In this document: in pieces, positions 19,495-29,693 of the stretch
Layout of the letters: each line of letters begins with the position of its first letter
How positions within the stretch are numbered: the first letter of the stretch is position 1
From: Patescibacteria group bacterium
GTDB lineage: Bacteria; Patescibacteriota; Patescibacteriia; UBA9570
NCBI GenBank assembly: GCA_041665365.1
Contig: JBAYIY010000008.1
Span: forward strand, 6,396 to 70,395
Reading direction: 5' to 3'
DNA: 64,000 nucleotides
Notes under the pieces: model-generated
Told to the model about the DNA's origin: nothing
Database searches by the model: none
The model's input: the letters and a program-made list of their open reading frames with translations, nothing else
Made by a program: the position numbers and the translations under genes

Positions 19495-20487
19495 ATGGGA
19501 TTTGAACGTAAAATTGGTGCCGCTATTAGTGTAGCCGCTGCTCTGCATGGTGAGCCAGAAGCTGTAGCCGGTGATCATCCAACTCATGCTGAACATTTAC
19601 AAGTACATGCTGATCAAGAATATATAAAAGAATATATTGATAAATATGAGCTAAAAACATTTTTAGATAAACATGAGATGAAACCTGGAGGAATATTTGA
19701 ACGTGATGGTAAGGCTCTTCGTTTAGCAGCTGAGGCGGCTAAAGTCGGAGATAAGTTAAGTGAAGCTAAACAATTAGCAATATTATTGGAAGATTTCAAG
19801 CTAGATTATATTCCGGCAGTCACTGGTCGTTTTGAAGAATTATTGAAGGAAATAGTGATGGATAATCCAGATCCACAGGAATACAGCGAGTTGTGTTTAG
19901 TAATAGATAGAATTATTTCTAAAAAAACTTCCTTTGAACAAAGTAGATTTGGAGTAACCATAGTTAGAGATTTATTGACTGGGAGTGATAGTGGTTTGGA
20001 TTTAAACGATCCTAATGGGGTTAAAGCGGCCTTAATCTTAACTAGGCTTTATGAGAACAACGACAGTGTGTCGAATGGTTTTTCTGATATTTCTATAGAC
20101 GATCTAGAAGAAGGTTTAGGGGATTTTTTTAGCAAATCAAGTATTCAAATGAAAGGAGGTGAGTTGAAAATTGAACCAATACCCGATCTTTCTGGAGCCT
20201 ATCATTTGTATATGGAAGCAGATCGTCCTGATTTAGCTTTGGAAACAGCCAGACGTGAATTGGATGATATCATCACTGATGTAAGTAATAAATTGAATGA
20301 ATCAAATACTAATGTGAATTGGTTCCGACTTGAAGATCTACGAGTCGCTTTGCGGCAGGCTCACATTGACCATAATAGTGCTATAAAAAAAATACAACCA
20401 CTAATTGATAAAGCAGAAAAAAATAGTAACCCAGAAATAAAGCAAATTTTAGATGAAATATTAAAACAACACGCCACAGAAAAATAA
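19495..20487 (+). CDS. hypothetical acidic protein (330 aa)
   Basis: ORF with strong upstream promoter; no recognisable domain; D/E-rich. Confidence 0.5.
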   Translation: MGFERKIGAAISVAAALHGEPEAVAGDHPTHAEHLQVHADQEYIKEYIDKYELKTFLDKHEMKPGGIFERDGKALRLAAEAAKVGDKLSEAKQLAILLEDFKLDYIPAVTGRFEELLKEIVMDNPDPQEYSELCLVIDRIISKKTSFEQSRFGVTIVRDLLTGSDSGLDLNDPNGVKAALILTRLYENNDSVSNGFSDISIDDLEEGLGDFFSKSSIQMKGGELKIEPIPDLSGAYHLYMEADRPDLALETARRELDDIITDVSNKLNESNTNVNWFRLEDLRVALRQAHIDHNSAIKKIQPLIDKAEKNSNPEIKQILDEILKQHATEK

Positions 20488-20515
20488 AATCTGCAAAATA
20501 AAATAACAATGTCTA

Positions 20516-20545
20516 TTGACACATAAATTTGTAATAGCGTATAAT
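20516..20545 (+). promoter_or_regulatory. consensus promoter TTGACA (20516-20521), 18 nt spacer, TATAAT (20540-20545)
   Basis: Read in sequence. Confidence 0.5.
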
Positions 20546-20565
20546 TAAGATACAAAATTAAAATA

Positions 20566-20579
20566 ACGTCATGTGACGT
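20566..20579. promoter_or_regulatory. perfect 14-bp palindrome ACGTCATGTGACGT between promoter and RBS (operator-like)
   Basis: Read in sequence. Confidence 0.4.
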
Positions 20580-20602
20580 TTAATAAAAAGGAGGTGAGAT
20601 AT

Positions 20603-20701
20603 ATGGCAAAGAAAAAAAAGGGAGCCAAGAAAAAAACAGTGAAGCGTGCCACAAAGAAAAAGGGTGGTAAAAAGAAGAAAGCCACAAAAAAACGCAAATA
20701 A
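20603..20701 (+). CDS. 32-aa lysine-rich small protein (MAKKKKGAKKKTVKRATKKKGGKKKKATKKRK), not in ORF track
   Basis: AAAGGAGGTGA RBS 7 nt upstream of ATG; consensus promoter upstream; perfect terminator hairpin immediately downstream. Confidence 0.5.
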   Translation: MAKKKKGAKKKTVKRATKKKGGKKKKATKKRK

Positions 20702-20713
20702 AATTGCGTAAAA

Positions 20714-20760
20714 TAAAAAAAACGTAGGGGTAATTCATGAATTACCCCTACGTTTTTTTA
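20714..20760. terminator. bidirectional rho-independent terminator AAAAACGTAGGGGTAATTCATGAATTACCCCTACGTTTTTTT
   Basis: Perfect 14-bp stem, A-run before, T-run after; serves convergent genes on both strands. Confidence 0.7.
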
Positions 20761-20773
20761 TGCCGACCTGTTT

Positions 20774-21913
20774 TTATGAATTAATTTGTTTTTTATGATA
20801 AGAAAAATTAAGGGCAAGCATTGTCCAAAATATTATAGCGAGATCATTTTTAAAATAGGGTACATCTACTAGTCCATAAACAATAAAAGCCACCATCCCA
20901 GTCAGTAAAATTATACTGTATTTTGTTTGCTGGCTTTGTTTAGCTTGCAAAAAGAAGACTATAAGTACAATTATTAACCAAACCATGCCTAATAAGCCCA
21001 ATTCAACCCAAAAATCCAGGAATAAATTATGTGGATAAAGCAATAATTCGACATGTTGATCGAGCTTATACTGAGCATAAACATCTGGGAAATTGGCTAA
21101 ACCAGCCCCAAATAATGGGCGGTGTTCCAGTAAATTAACCGTACCTTGCCATAAAGCTAAACGAACCTGTCCGGAAGTATCTTGCAATAAGATTTTCTCA
21201 CGCGTAACTGGTATTATTAAACTAATCATTACCAATATTAAACCAACACCGATTACACCATAACGGTATTTGGTAAACAACAAAGCAAAACTGCCAGCTA
21301 AGATGACAGTTATGACTGCGCCATCACTTTGCGATAAACCAATGGCGATCATTCCCATTAAACTAACCAGCATGAACCAAAGTTTGTGTGAACGTTCATG
21401 TATTAACCAGGCCACACCTAATGCTACGATGGGGGCACAGAATAAACCAACGGCATTGGGATATTCAAATATACTGGTCATGCGCACATCAATACCGCCA
21501 ATATTCCAGGGTGCCGGCACACCATAACCGGTCAAGAATTGAATAATAGTGATGGTCGAAACAAATAATACACTACTACCTAAGGCTTGTAGTATAAAAA
21601 TAAATTTTGGTTTACTAACTTGAATCATCACACCAACCATAATTGGTATAACAATATAACTTTTATAGATCCCTAGTGCCGCTAGAGTATTATCAGACAT
21701 AATGACAGAGATCAAACCTATTAGCAGTAAACTCACACTACTGTATAAAAATATTTTTTGAACTTTAAAACCATAATGAATAATATAGTAGATAAAACCA
21801 CCGGTTACCAGCAGATCCAATAAATTTAGTGGTATACCAAATAAATTAAACCTAACTAAATAGACAGGGAGAAGCACAAGTATTATTAATAACCATTTAT
21901 TGGTGATCGCCAT
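20774..21913 (-). CDS. O-antigen ligase/polymerase-like polytopic membrane protein
   Basis: 379 aa, ~10 TM helices, loop motif LSQSDGAVITVILAG resembling Wzy_C. Confidence 0.5.
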   Translation of the reverse strand: MAITNKWLLIILVLLPVYLVRFNLFGIPLNLLDLLVTGGFIYYIIHYGFKVQKIFLYSSVSLLLIGLISVIMSDNTLAALGIYKSYIVIPIMVGVMIQVSKPKFIFILQALGSSVLFVSTITIIQFLTGYGVPAPWNIGGIDVRMTSIFEYPNAVGLFCAPIVALGVAWLIHERSHKLWFMLVSLMGMIAIGLSQSDGAVITVILAGSFALLFTKYRYGVIGVGLILVMISLIIPVTREKILLQDTSGQVRLALWQGTVNLLEHRPLFGAGLANFPDVYAQYKLDQHVELLLYPHNLFLDFWVELGLLGMVWLIIVLIVFFLQAKQSQQTKYSIILLTGMVAFIVYGLVDVPYFKNDLAIIFWTMLALNFSYHKKQINS

Positions 21914-23294
21914 GCAATAATATATTTTGAACCGTGACCATTAAACCAATTAAGAACCAAATGTGCATAATATAAAGTACCGAGAAAGTATTATATTGCA
22001 CCAGAATACCAGTGAGAGCGGCTAATAGCGCAATTAACACATGTCTCATGAATGGGTCAGTACCATGCAACAAAGCTTTAACAGAACGGATATAGAGCAT
22101 AATCATCATTATTATGTAACAAGCTAAACCCAAGACACCGGTTTCAGCTAGCAATTCAATATACTCATTGTTCACAATTTTATAGCCATCACTAGGCACA
22201 ATATATGGATGATATGACGCATATGGTCCAAAACTACCCGGGCCTATCCCAACCCACGGGTGCTGCCACCAAATGCGTTCGGCAATATCAAAAGTTTCAA
22301 CTCGTTCACTATAAGACGCGCCACCAAAAATATTCATGACATGTTCAGTAAAGGTGTTTACCTGTTCAGTTAAACCTAGAAATTGATAAGCCACACCACC
22401 AGCTATAGCCACACTTATTATTAACGGGATGATAATAGTGGGTTTAAGTAACTGTTTCCAATAAGCTATAGCCAGACAGAGTAATGTTGCTGCCAAAGCA
22501 ATATAACCACCGCGGGAGACAGTTAAAATAAAATTTATTCCCCCTAAAGCTATTAAAGCAAATAACCACCAGGGTTTAATTTTACTAGATTTACTTAACC
22601 ATAAAGCGATTGCTAAACTTAATGGAATTAACAGATAATTGGCAAAATAGAGAGGTTCTAAGGCAGTTGATTGGATTCTAGGGAAACCAAGAATCTCTTT
22701 AGTGTATTGTGGGCGTAACCCAGTTAGGCTAGTCGGTAAACCAACAATATCTCCCAAAAATTGCCAAATGCCAAAACTACATACCACAAACATACTACCT
22801 AACAATATATAAATTACCCGTTTAACCTGGTCAGTGTGTCGAATAATGCTGGGCAAAATGATGGAGACACACATGGTAAAAAGAATATAGCCTAAAACGA
22901 GCAGCGATCGGTCTAAATTAGGAGAGTTAGTGATGCCGGCACACATTACTAGTATGAATCCAGCGATGGGTAATAAAATCGGATAAGGCCGTAATTTGAA
23001 TTTACTTAATACTAAACCATACATTAACCAAGCTAATATTGTGATGATGGCAATGACTTGACTAAGGCGAATGGTAACACCGGCAATATCTAAAGAACCA
23101 ATCCGTTCAAAAGGTAAAAAGAAACTGAGTAGGTACATACCAAGTATCGGGTTGATGACAATAACACAGATACAAATAAAACCAATCAAACCGGCTAAAA
23201 CATAAGTCAGTGGTAGATAAGCAAACGCTATACCAATAATTAAAGCGAGCGGTAGAGTTTTAGCGGCTTTTAAATAAGGTGTCATAATCTTCAA
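21897..23294 (-). CDS. O-antigen ligase family (Wzy_C) membrane protein
   Basis: 465 aa polytopic; Wzy_C-like motif LTVSRGGYIALAATLL. Confidence 0.6.
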   Translation of the reverse strand: MKIMTPYLKAAKTLPLALIIGIAFAYLPLTYVLAGLIGFICICVIVINPILGMYLLSFFLPFERIGSLDIAGVTIRLSQVIAIITILAWLMYGLVLSKFKLRPYPILLPIAGFILVMCAGITNSPNLDRSLLVLGYILFTMCVSIILPSIIRHTDQVKRVIYILLGSMFVVCSFGIWQFLGDIVGLPTSLTGLRPQYTKEILGFPRIQSTALEPLYFANYLLIPLSLAIALWLSKSSKIKPWWLFALIALGGINFILTVSRGGYIALAATLLCLAIAYWKQLLKPTIIIPLIISVAIAGGVAYQFLGLTEQVNTFTEHVMNIFGGASYSERVETFDIAERIWWQHPWVGIGPGSFGPYASYHPYIVPSDGYKIVNNEYIELLAETGVLGLACYIIMMIMLYIRSVKALLHGTDPFMRHVLIALLAALTGILVQYNTFSVLYIMHIWFLIGLMVTVQNILLHGDHQ

Positions 23295-24384
23295 TCATAC
23301 GGTGTTCTTGAAATAGCTCTAAGACGCGAATGCGCCCATTACTAGCTTTGTGCACCGCTAACTCATAATTGTTGTAAACATCATACAAGGCTTCGGCAAT
23401 GGCCGCAGGACGATGTGGCGGTACTAGCCAACCATAGCGATCGATAATTTCAGTCATACCGCCAGTCGTGGTAGCAATGACTGGTTTAACAGTGGCTAAG
23501 GCTTCAATTAAAACAATCCCGAAGGTCTCACGCCTAATGGAAGGGAGTACTAAAACATCGCAGTTTTGTAAAACTGCTGGGATATCATTACGGAAGCCTA
23601 CCAAATCAATTTGTTTATTTAAATCTAGTTGATGAACCAAACTGGTTAACTGATCTTTAATATCACCTTCGCCGACGATGGTTAAATGAACCTGCGGTAT
23701 TTGCGCTTGAACGATTTTGATGGCTTGGATTAAATCATTAATCCCTTTTTCTCTAGCTAAGCGACCAATAAATAATACGCGAAAAATATTTTGAATGTTT
23801 TGTACTGCAGAAGGGGAAGGAGTAAAATCTTTAACATTTACCGAGTTATAAATCACTTGAATATGTTGGGTTGGAACACCTAATTGTTGTAATTGATCCT
23901 TAACTGCTTCAACCACAGTAACAATAGTTGCAAGGTGTGACCACAAAACATAAATTAAACGTAAAGGATTTTGTTTTAACCAACGCTCAATTTGTAAATG
24001 TTCCATCCAAATCACTTTAATACCAAGCAGTCTAGCAAATGGGGTTAATAAGATTTTTTCAGTGAGTGATAAACAAAATATTACTGAAATATGGTGCTGA
24101 AATTTATAATACACCAACCAGCGCACCAAGTTAGCCGTGATAAAAGGCCAAGTGAAAAAAAAGCTTAGTAAGGCCAGTGGTGTAACCGGTTCTGTACCAG
24201 CCCAAATACGGCGGTAGTGCCAATCACGTTTAGAAAATTCACTTAATAAGACGGTGCAGGTTGAGGCTAAAAAGAATTTATGATTGGCCGATAATCTTTC
24301 AACCAAAGTTAAAGTATGTTTTTCTCCACCACCAAAAGTTGAAGAATACGGAAATTTTAGAATTAAGATACGTTGTTCTGTCAT
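23260..24384 (-). CDS. glycosyltransferase family 1 (GT4-type)
   Basis: EX7E motif region VLPSIRRETFGIVLIEALATVKPVIAT. Confidence 0.8.
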   Translation of the reverse strand: MTEQRILILKFPYSSTFGGGEKHTLTLVERLSANHKFFLASTCTVLLSEFSKRDWHYRRIWAGTEPVTPLALLSFFFTWPFITANLVRWLVYYKFQHHISVIFCLSLTEKILLTPFARLLGIKVIWMEHLQIERWLKQNPLRLIYVLWSHLATIVTVVEAVKDQLQQLGVPTQHIQVIYNSVNVKDFTPSPSAVQNIQNIFRVLFIGRLAREKGINDLIQAIKIVQAQIPQVHLTIVGEGDIKDQLTSLVHQLDLNKQIDLVGFRNDIPAVLQNCDVLVLPSIRRETFGIVLIEALATVKPVIATTTGGMTEIIDRYGWLVPPHRPAAIAEALYDVYNNYELAVHKASNGRIRVLELFQEHRMIEDYDTLFKSR

Positions 24385-25823
24385 GCTAATTGGCGCTGTA
24401 ATAAAGTTTTAATATCCTCTTTAGAAATACCACCCATTAGCAGCAAGGCAATACTATAAACGACACCACCGGATAATACCACAAACACAATCGGCCAGGC
24501 TTGAATTAGATAAACCACCCCAGCCATTAGTAAGGCAGCGCCAGTAATGCGTAATAAACTAAATAAAGCCGGATGAGACATGGTATGGCGATAAATTATA
24601 TAAGTAGCGATCAACACCATCATCACTTCAGAATACACCGTTACCCAGGCAGCGCCATAATATGAATAGGGTGGGATAAAGATGAAATAACCTAATAAAG
24701 CCGTACCGGCGACAAAGGCATAACCCCAAATGATGGTGCGTTGTTGGTTAATAGCTACTACCACATAGCCGGTCAGAGTACCTAAATAAATAGCTCCAAT
24801 GGCTAGAATCAAGATACGAAAAATGGCTCCTAACATGCGCGGATCGTCAGTAAATTTATTGCCAGCGACTAAAAGCATTAATGGTTCGGCTAAAACAATG
24901 CCACCAGCGATGACCGGAGCTGCCATCATCCATAAAAGATTAAAAGCCCGTTGATATAATTTATTAAAAGCCGGTAAATTTTTGGCCTGAAAATATTGAC
25001 TCAAGATGGGTAAGAGTAAGCCAACTACCATGATCGGCAAAGTAATCAAGACTTCTAATATCTTATACGGTACACCATACACACCCACCACGGCTTGTGG
25101 GTAATATAAACTCAATATAATTGTGTCAGATTTGAAATAGATTAGATTTAGAGCAATCGCTACAGCAATTGGCCAACTTTCTAATAAAACTCGTTTCCAA
25201 ATAAATAAATCAAAAGCCGGGGCTAAATGGGTGTAGCGCCTACTGGCTGACCACAATACGATAGTTTGTACAACACCGGCTAGTACCACTGTAGCGATAA
25301 TAACCAGAAAGTTTTTTTGTGTCAGATACACCACTGTTAAGGTAGAAGCAAACAAAACCACTTTACTACTAACTTCAGCAATGGCTACCCAATGCATGGC
25401 GAGATGATGTTGAAAGATGGCCTGAAATAATTGATTTATGGTAATGCAGAAAAAATTTAGCGCTAATATTACCACGGCCCATTTTACAATGAGTGGGTAT
25501 TGTGGAATAAACCAAACTATAATTATGGCTAATATTAAAAGAGTAACGGCAGTGACCGTGCGTAGCGTAAAAATATTATTTTGCAGTTGTCCGGTTTTAT
25601 TGTCTGGTCCGGCAATATGTTTTAACAACACTACATATAAGCCCAAATCCATAATGATACCGAATAACTGCAAATAAGACATGGCTGTGGTATAGCTGCC
25701 GAACAGATCATCTTTCAAATAGCGAATCAAAATTGTGGCCACAACAAAACCAAGTGCTGTTCCAATGAGTTTACCGCTAAATTGCAGAGCTGTATTTCGC
25801 GCTACTTGCCGCAATAATGACAT
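24381..25823 (-). CDS. polysaccharide/oligosaccharide flippase (Wzx-like, MOP superfamily)
   Basis: 480 aa, 12-14 TM helices, N-terminal ALQFSGKLIGTALGFV pattern typical of Wzx. Confidence 0.65.
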   Translation of the reverse strand: MSLLRQVARNTALQFSGKLIGTALGFVVATILIRYLKDDLFGSYTTAMSYLQLFGIIMDLGLYVVLLKHIAGPDNKTGQLQNNIFTLRTVTAVTLLILAIIIVWFIPQYPLIVKWAVVILALNFFCITINQLFQAIFQHHLAMHWVAIAEVSSKVVLFASTLTVVYLTQKNFLVIIATVVLAGVVQTIVLWSASRRYTHLAPAFDLFIWKRVLLESWPIAVAIALNLIYFKSDTIILSLYYPQAVVGVYGVPYKILEVLITLPIMVVGLLLPILSQYFQAKNLPAFNKLYQRAFNLLWMMAAPVIAGGIVLAEPLMLLVAGNKFTDDPRMLGAIFRILILAIGAIYLGTLTGYVVVAINQQRTIIWGYAFVAGTALLGYFIFIPPYSYYGAAWVTVYSEVMMVLIATYIIYRHTMSHPALFSLLRITGAALLMAGVVYLIQAWPIVFVVLSGGVVYSIALLLMGGISKEDIKTLLQRQLA

Positions 25824-25856
25824 AAATAGACCCGGACTGTACCAAAAATCAGCTGT

Positions 25857-26849
25857 TTAGTCAATCAACATAGCATCGCCAAAACTAAAGAAACGATAGT
25901 GTTCTTTAATGGCTTCAGCGTAGGCACGATCGATCAATGGTTTTCCGGCTAAAGCACTAACTAACATTAATAAAGTGGTTTTGGGGAGATGGAAGTTTGT
26001 AATTAAACTATCCACCGTATTGAATTTATAACCAGGATAAATATAAATATTAACCCAACCAGCGTTAGCTTGTCCCTGGAAGGCTTCTAAAGTGCGACCA
26101 GAGGTAGTACCTACGGCGATTATTTTATGACCGGTTTTTTTAGCAGCGGCCATGGCTTGAGCAGTAGCCTCTGGTAACACTGCATATTCAGCGTGCATGG
26201 TGTGTTGAGTAATATCGTCAGTTTTTACTGAAGTAAATGTACCTAAACCAACATGTAATATTACTGGAACAATAATGACACCGTGTTTTTTTAATTTATC
26301 TAGTAAAGCTTCTGTAAAATGTAATCCGGCAGTCGGAGCCGCCACTGAACCGGATTGATCAGCATAAACAGTTTGATAACGTTCGAGTGATTGTTTTGTT
26401 TTTATATAGGGTGGTAATGGTACTTCACCGTATTGCGTAATGTTGGTTTTGTTGAATTTAACAAGGTAAGTTGAGTCAGGATGTTTTTCTTGAACAGTGG
26501 CGGTAGTAGAATGATGAATTAAGAATAAAGAATTAAGAGCAGTTTTTCCTTTAATTAAACATTCCCAGGTAAAATCATCTTTTTGTTGCAGTAAGAAAAT
26601 TTCAACTTTGCCGCCAGTTGGCTTAGTAGCGTGTAACCGAGCTTTAATTACTTTAGAAGTATTAATAACCAAAACATCACCTGATTTAAGATAATCGGTG
26701 ATGTGAAAAAACTGCTTGTGTTCTAATTTTCCTGTGTCTCGATGAACAACTAATAAACGTGAATGATCACGCGGTTCGATGGGGGTCTGGGCAATAAGCT
26801 GTGGTGGCAGCTGATAATCAAACTCACTTAAGCGCATCACTGGCTTCAA
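25857..26849 (-). CDS. queA: S-adenosylmethionine:tRNA ribosyltransferase-isomerase
   Basis: N-term LSEFDYQLPPQLIAQTPIEPRDHSRLLVV, QueA signature. Confidence 0.9.
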   Translation of the reverse strand: MKPVMRLSEFDYQLPPQLIAQTPIEPRDHSRLLVVHRDTGKLEHKQFFHITDYLKSGDVLVINTSKVIKARLHATKPTGGKVEIFLLQQKDDFTWECLIKGKTALNSLFLIHHSTTATVQEKHPDSTYLVKFNKTNITQYGEVPLPPYIKTKQSLERYQTVYADQSGSVAAPTAGLHFTEALLDKLKKHGVIIVPVILHVGLGTFTSVKTDDITQHTMHAEYAVLPEATAQAMAAAKKTGHKIIAVGTTSGRTLEAFQGQANAGWVNIYIYPGYKFNTVDSLITNFHLPKTTLLMLVSALAGKPLIDRAYAEAIKEHYRFFSFGDAMLID

Positions 26850-27357
26850 TCACTAATCTGGCCACAACATCTGGCTCAGGAATTTGTAGAAAGGTAAAAC
26901 GTTGTTGTTCACCGGCCGATTGAATAAAGACATCACCATAATTAAAAACCGTCGCTAACTTGCCATGTATTTCTGCGGTTACATCCTGAACTTTGGTTAG
27001 ATTAAGTTCGGAAATAGTTCGTTCAAACAAACCTTTTTGTTCAATATTAATAATGCGTTGATCAGTTAAAATCCAGACATCTAAATGGTAATCAATATAG
27101 GCATGATAAAAAGTCAGCCAGGTGCCAATATAATATAATGAAGTCGCAATCACTCCAAAAACGTACCATAAACCTCTGGTGGGTGGGTTCCAGCCGACAA
27201 CATATAAAACAATGATCAATGCAATGACTGGTAGTAAATTAAAACTGACTACTTGAATAACTGCCGAGGCAAAAGCGATCCAATGGCGGCGCAGTAACAT
27301 TATTAAATGTTCGTTGGGGCGTTGGCCAGGAAATTTATCTTTATTCTCAGGGCTCAT
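26824..27357 (-). CDS. membrane protein with bacterial PH domain (YdbS/DUF304-like)
   Basis: Two N-terminal TM helices then ~80-aa domain; family call from memory. Confidence 0.4.
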   Translation of the reverse strand: MSPENKDKFPGQRPNEHLIMLLRRHWIAFASAVIQVVSFNLLPVIALIIVLYVVGWNPPTRGLWYVFGVIATSLYYIGTWLTFYHAYIDYHLDVWILTDQRIINIEQKGLFERTISELNLTKVQDVTAEIHGKLATVFNYGDVFIQSAGEQQRFTFLQIPEPDVVARLVIEASDALK

Positions 27358-27614
27358 AAGTTTTTAAACATAGATGATTGGCTAGATGTCGGAATAATTT
27401 CACCACTATCTAACCATGCCACTGGGCTTAAAAATAGGACACTAAAAAAAATAACTATCACAATGACACCCGCCGTAACAATGGTCCAAATTGTACCGGA
27501 AAAATCTAAGAAACCAAAGCGACGTAAATGGTATAAATTTAATAAAAAGAAAACAACTGCTCCAAGTAAGCAGGCTAGATAGATGATACCTAATATCCAG
27601 TAGGGAATAGCCAC
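27354..27614 (-). CDS. small membrane protein (86 aa)
   Basis: ORF track; two hydrophobic helices; overlaps downstream gene start by 4 nt. Confidence 0.3.
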   Translation of the reverse strand: MAIPYWILGIIYLACLLGAVVFFLLNLYHLRRFGFLDFSGTIWTIVTAGVIVIVIFFSVLFLSPVAWLDSGEIIPTSSQSSMFKNL

Positions 27615-27628
27615 GGTGTTAGTATAGG

Positions 27629-28657
27629 CTAGAGCAAGCGCGACTGCAAATCAAGTGGTGGAATGAGCCCTAAATGTTCGTAGGCGGCGGCAGTGACAAC
27701 CCGACCACGGGGTGTACGAGCGAGAAAACCTAACTGCAATAAAAATGGTTCATAAACAGTTTCTAAAGTATCAATGTCTTCACCGATAGTAGCCGCAATG
27801 GTGGTAATACCAACCGGGCCACCTTGGAATGATTTAATGATTGATTGTAAAACTCTACGATCAATAGCATCTAAACCTAATTCGTCGATATCGAGTAAAT
27901 TCAGGGCAGCTTGAGCGATAGTTTCAGTCACTGGTTTATTACTATGGTTAACCTCAGCAAAATCTCGCACGCGCTTCAATAAACGATTGGCAATTCTAGG
28001 AGTGCTGCGCGATCTGGTTGCTATCAAATTTATCGCCGGTGCTTCTAGTGGCACAGCCAGAACTGAGGCTGATCTTAAAATAATTTTAGCCATTTCGTCT
28101 GGTTCGTAGAAATTTAGTTTGTATTGTGCACCAAAGCGATCGCGTAAGGGTGATGATAGTAAACTCATTCTGGTCGTGGCACCGATGATGGTAAATTTTG
28201 GTAAGTCTAACCGTAAAGTGCGGGCGCCTGGGCCTTTTCCGACTACCATATCTAAAGCATAATCTTCCATGGCTGGGTACAACACTTCCTCGATGGTTTT
28301 ATGTAAACGATGAATTTCATCGATGAATAAAATATCACCTTCTGATAAGTTTGTAAGAATGGCAGCTAAATCACCGGCGCGTTCAATAGCCGGACCACTG
28401 GTGACGCGAATATTAACACCCATTTCGCGAGCGATAATGTGAGCTAGGGTAGTTTTACCTAAACCCGGACCACCGTGCAGTAAAACATGTTCAATTGGTT
28501 CACCGCGTTGTTTGGCGGCTTGAACAAAAATAGTTAGATTATCTTTAACTTGTTGTTGGCCAATATAATCACTTAATCTTTCTGGACGCAAAGATGCCTC
28601 CACCGCTGATTCCGATGTTTGTTGTACCGGGCTTATAACACGATCCATCCCGGCCAT
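27629..28657 (-). CDS. ruvB: Holliday junction branch migration helicase RuvB
   Basis: [17 protein letters not shown] Walker A, DEIHRL Walker B, RuvB C-terminal winged helix. Confidence 0.95.
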   Translation of the reverse strand: MAGMDRVISPVQQTSESAVEASLRPERLSDYIGQQQVKDNLTIFVQAAKQRGEPIEHVLLHGGPGLGKTTLAHIIAREMGVNIRVTSGPAIERAGDLAAILTNLSEGDILFIDEIHRLHKTIEEVLYPAMEDYALDMVVGKGPGARTLRLDLPKFTIIGATTRMSLLSSPLRDRFGAQYKLNFYEPDEMAKIILRSASVLAVPLEAPAINLIATRSRSTPRIANRLLKRVRDFAEVNHSNKPVTETIAQAALNLLDIDELGLDAIDRRVLQSIIKSFQGGPVGITTIAATIGEDIDTLETVYEPFLLQLGFLARTPRGRVVTAAAYEHLGLIPPLDLQSRLL

Positions 28658-28661
28658 AGCG

Positions 28662-29633
28662 TTATTTTGTCTTGCTTTTAAATCGTTTTACACGAATCAA
28701 TCCACCCACTGGAATGACTTCAATCCCTTTTTGTTCAAGTTCATCTAAAAACAGATTCATACCAATTGAGTCCGATGAAATATGTCCGGCTATTACCACA
28801 TTCATGTGGTGTTGTTCGGCTACTTTACGATGATCCTCACGCATATGCATACCGATTACTGTGCCAACACCAGCTCGAGATAGAGCTTCAAACATGTCTT
28901 TAGCACCATTGGTGCCACCGGTGAATTCAGTGGCGGCAATGCGACCACAACGACGAGCCGGACTACCCAAATAAATACACGGACCAGATTTTTGTTTCTT
29001 AGCGATTTGATATTCCGGTACCGTCATTAATTGATCTATGACATCACCAACATAAACTAATTTATGCTTTTTCTGATCCATCAAATTATCCATGAACGTT
29101 GCGGCCAGATTATCTGTGGCGGTATGAGCCGCCATGTAGGGCATACCAAGTAATCTGGCGATATCGACAGCCTTATGATCGTTAATTGGTAGTACACCAC
29201 GATTAACTTCAGCAATGCGCGGCATTAATAAATTTTCAGCAATGTTAACCGGCACACCAGCCTGACGCATAATTTCAACTTGAACGTTCATCACTTCTGG
29301 TAAATCGGCCAAAGCAATGCCTTCTGGATGATGGCTAATGACCATATCGATTTTACCCAGCCGATCGGCTAACAATAATTCGGGCTCATGAGCGTCAATG
29401 CCAGCAAAAAGCCGTTTGATTGGTCTAGTTAAAGATGGTGTGTAGAGGATGCGAGTATCGGAGTAAGGATTGGTAAAATACTCTTTATCATAATATTCCT
29501 TCTCTTTATTGGGCAGGGCATCATACTCTTTTTTATAGCGTTTTAACTCAGCTGTCACAAAAGCCCGGCCACGCGGGTCGGAATTTATGCCTAATTTTAC
29601 TGCTAGATCGTAAATCGCTTGAACATTTAACAT
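28662..29633 (-). CDS. Nif3-like dinuclear metal centre protein (YqfO/YbgI family)
   Basis: Motifs DMVISHHP and [13 protein letters not shown] typical of NIF3/DUF34. Confidence 0.55.
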   Translation of the reverse strand: MLNVQAIYDLAVKLGINSDPRGRAFVTAELKRYKKEYDALPNKEKEYYDKEYFTNPYSDTRILYTPSLTRPIKRLFAGIDAHEPELLLADRLGKIDMVISHHPEGIALADLPEVMNVQVEIMRQAGVPVNIAENLLMPRIAEVNRGVLPINDHKAVDIARLLGMPYMAAHTATDNLAATFMDNLMDQKKHKLVYVGDVIDQLMTVPEYQIAKKQKSGPCIYLGSPARRCGRIAATEFTGGTNGAKDMFEALSRAGVGTVIGMHMREDHRKVAEQHHMNVVIAGHISSDSIGMNLFLDELEQKGIEVIPVGGLIRVKRFKSKTK

Positions 29634-29657
29634 AAGTGGATAAGATTATAGCCCCTC

Positions 29658-29687
29658 TTGACAAATTTGTAAATACTAGGGTATACT
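29658..29687 (+). promoter_or_regulatory. promoter TTGACA (29658-29663), 18 nt spacer, TATACT (29682-29687)
   Basis: Read in sequence; no protein-coding gene downstream on this strand. Confidence 0.45.
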
Positions 29688-29693
29688 CCTCGG

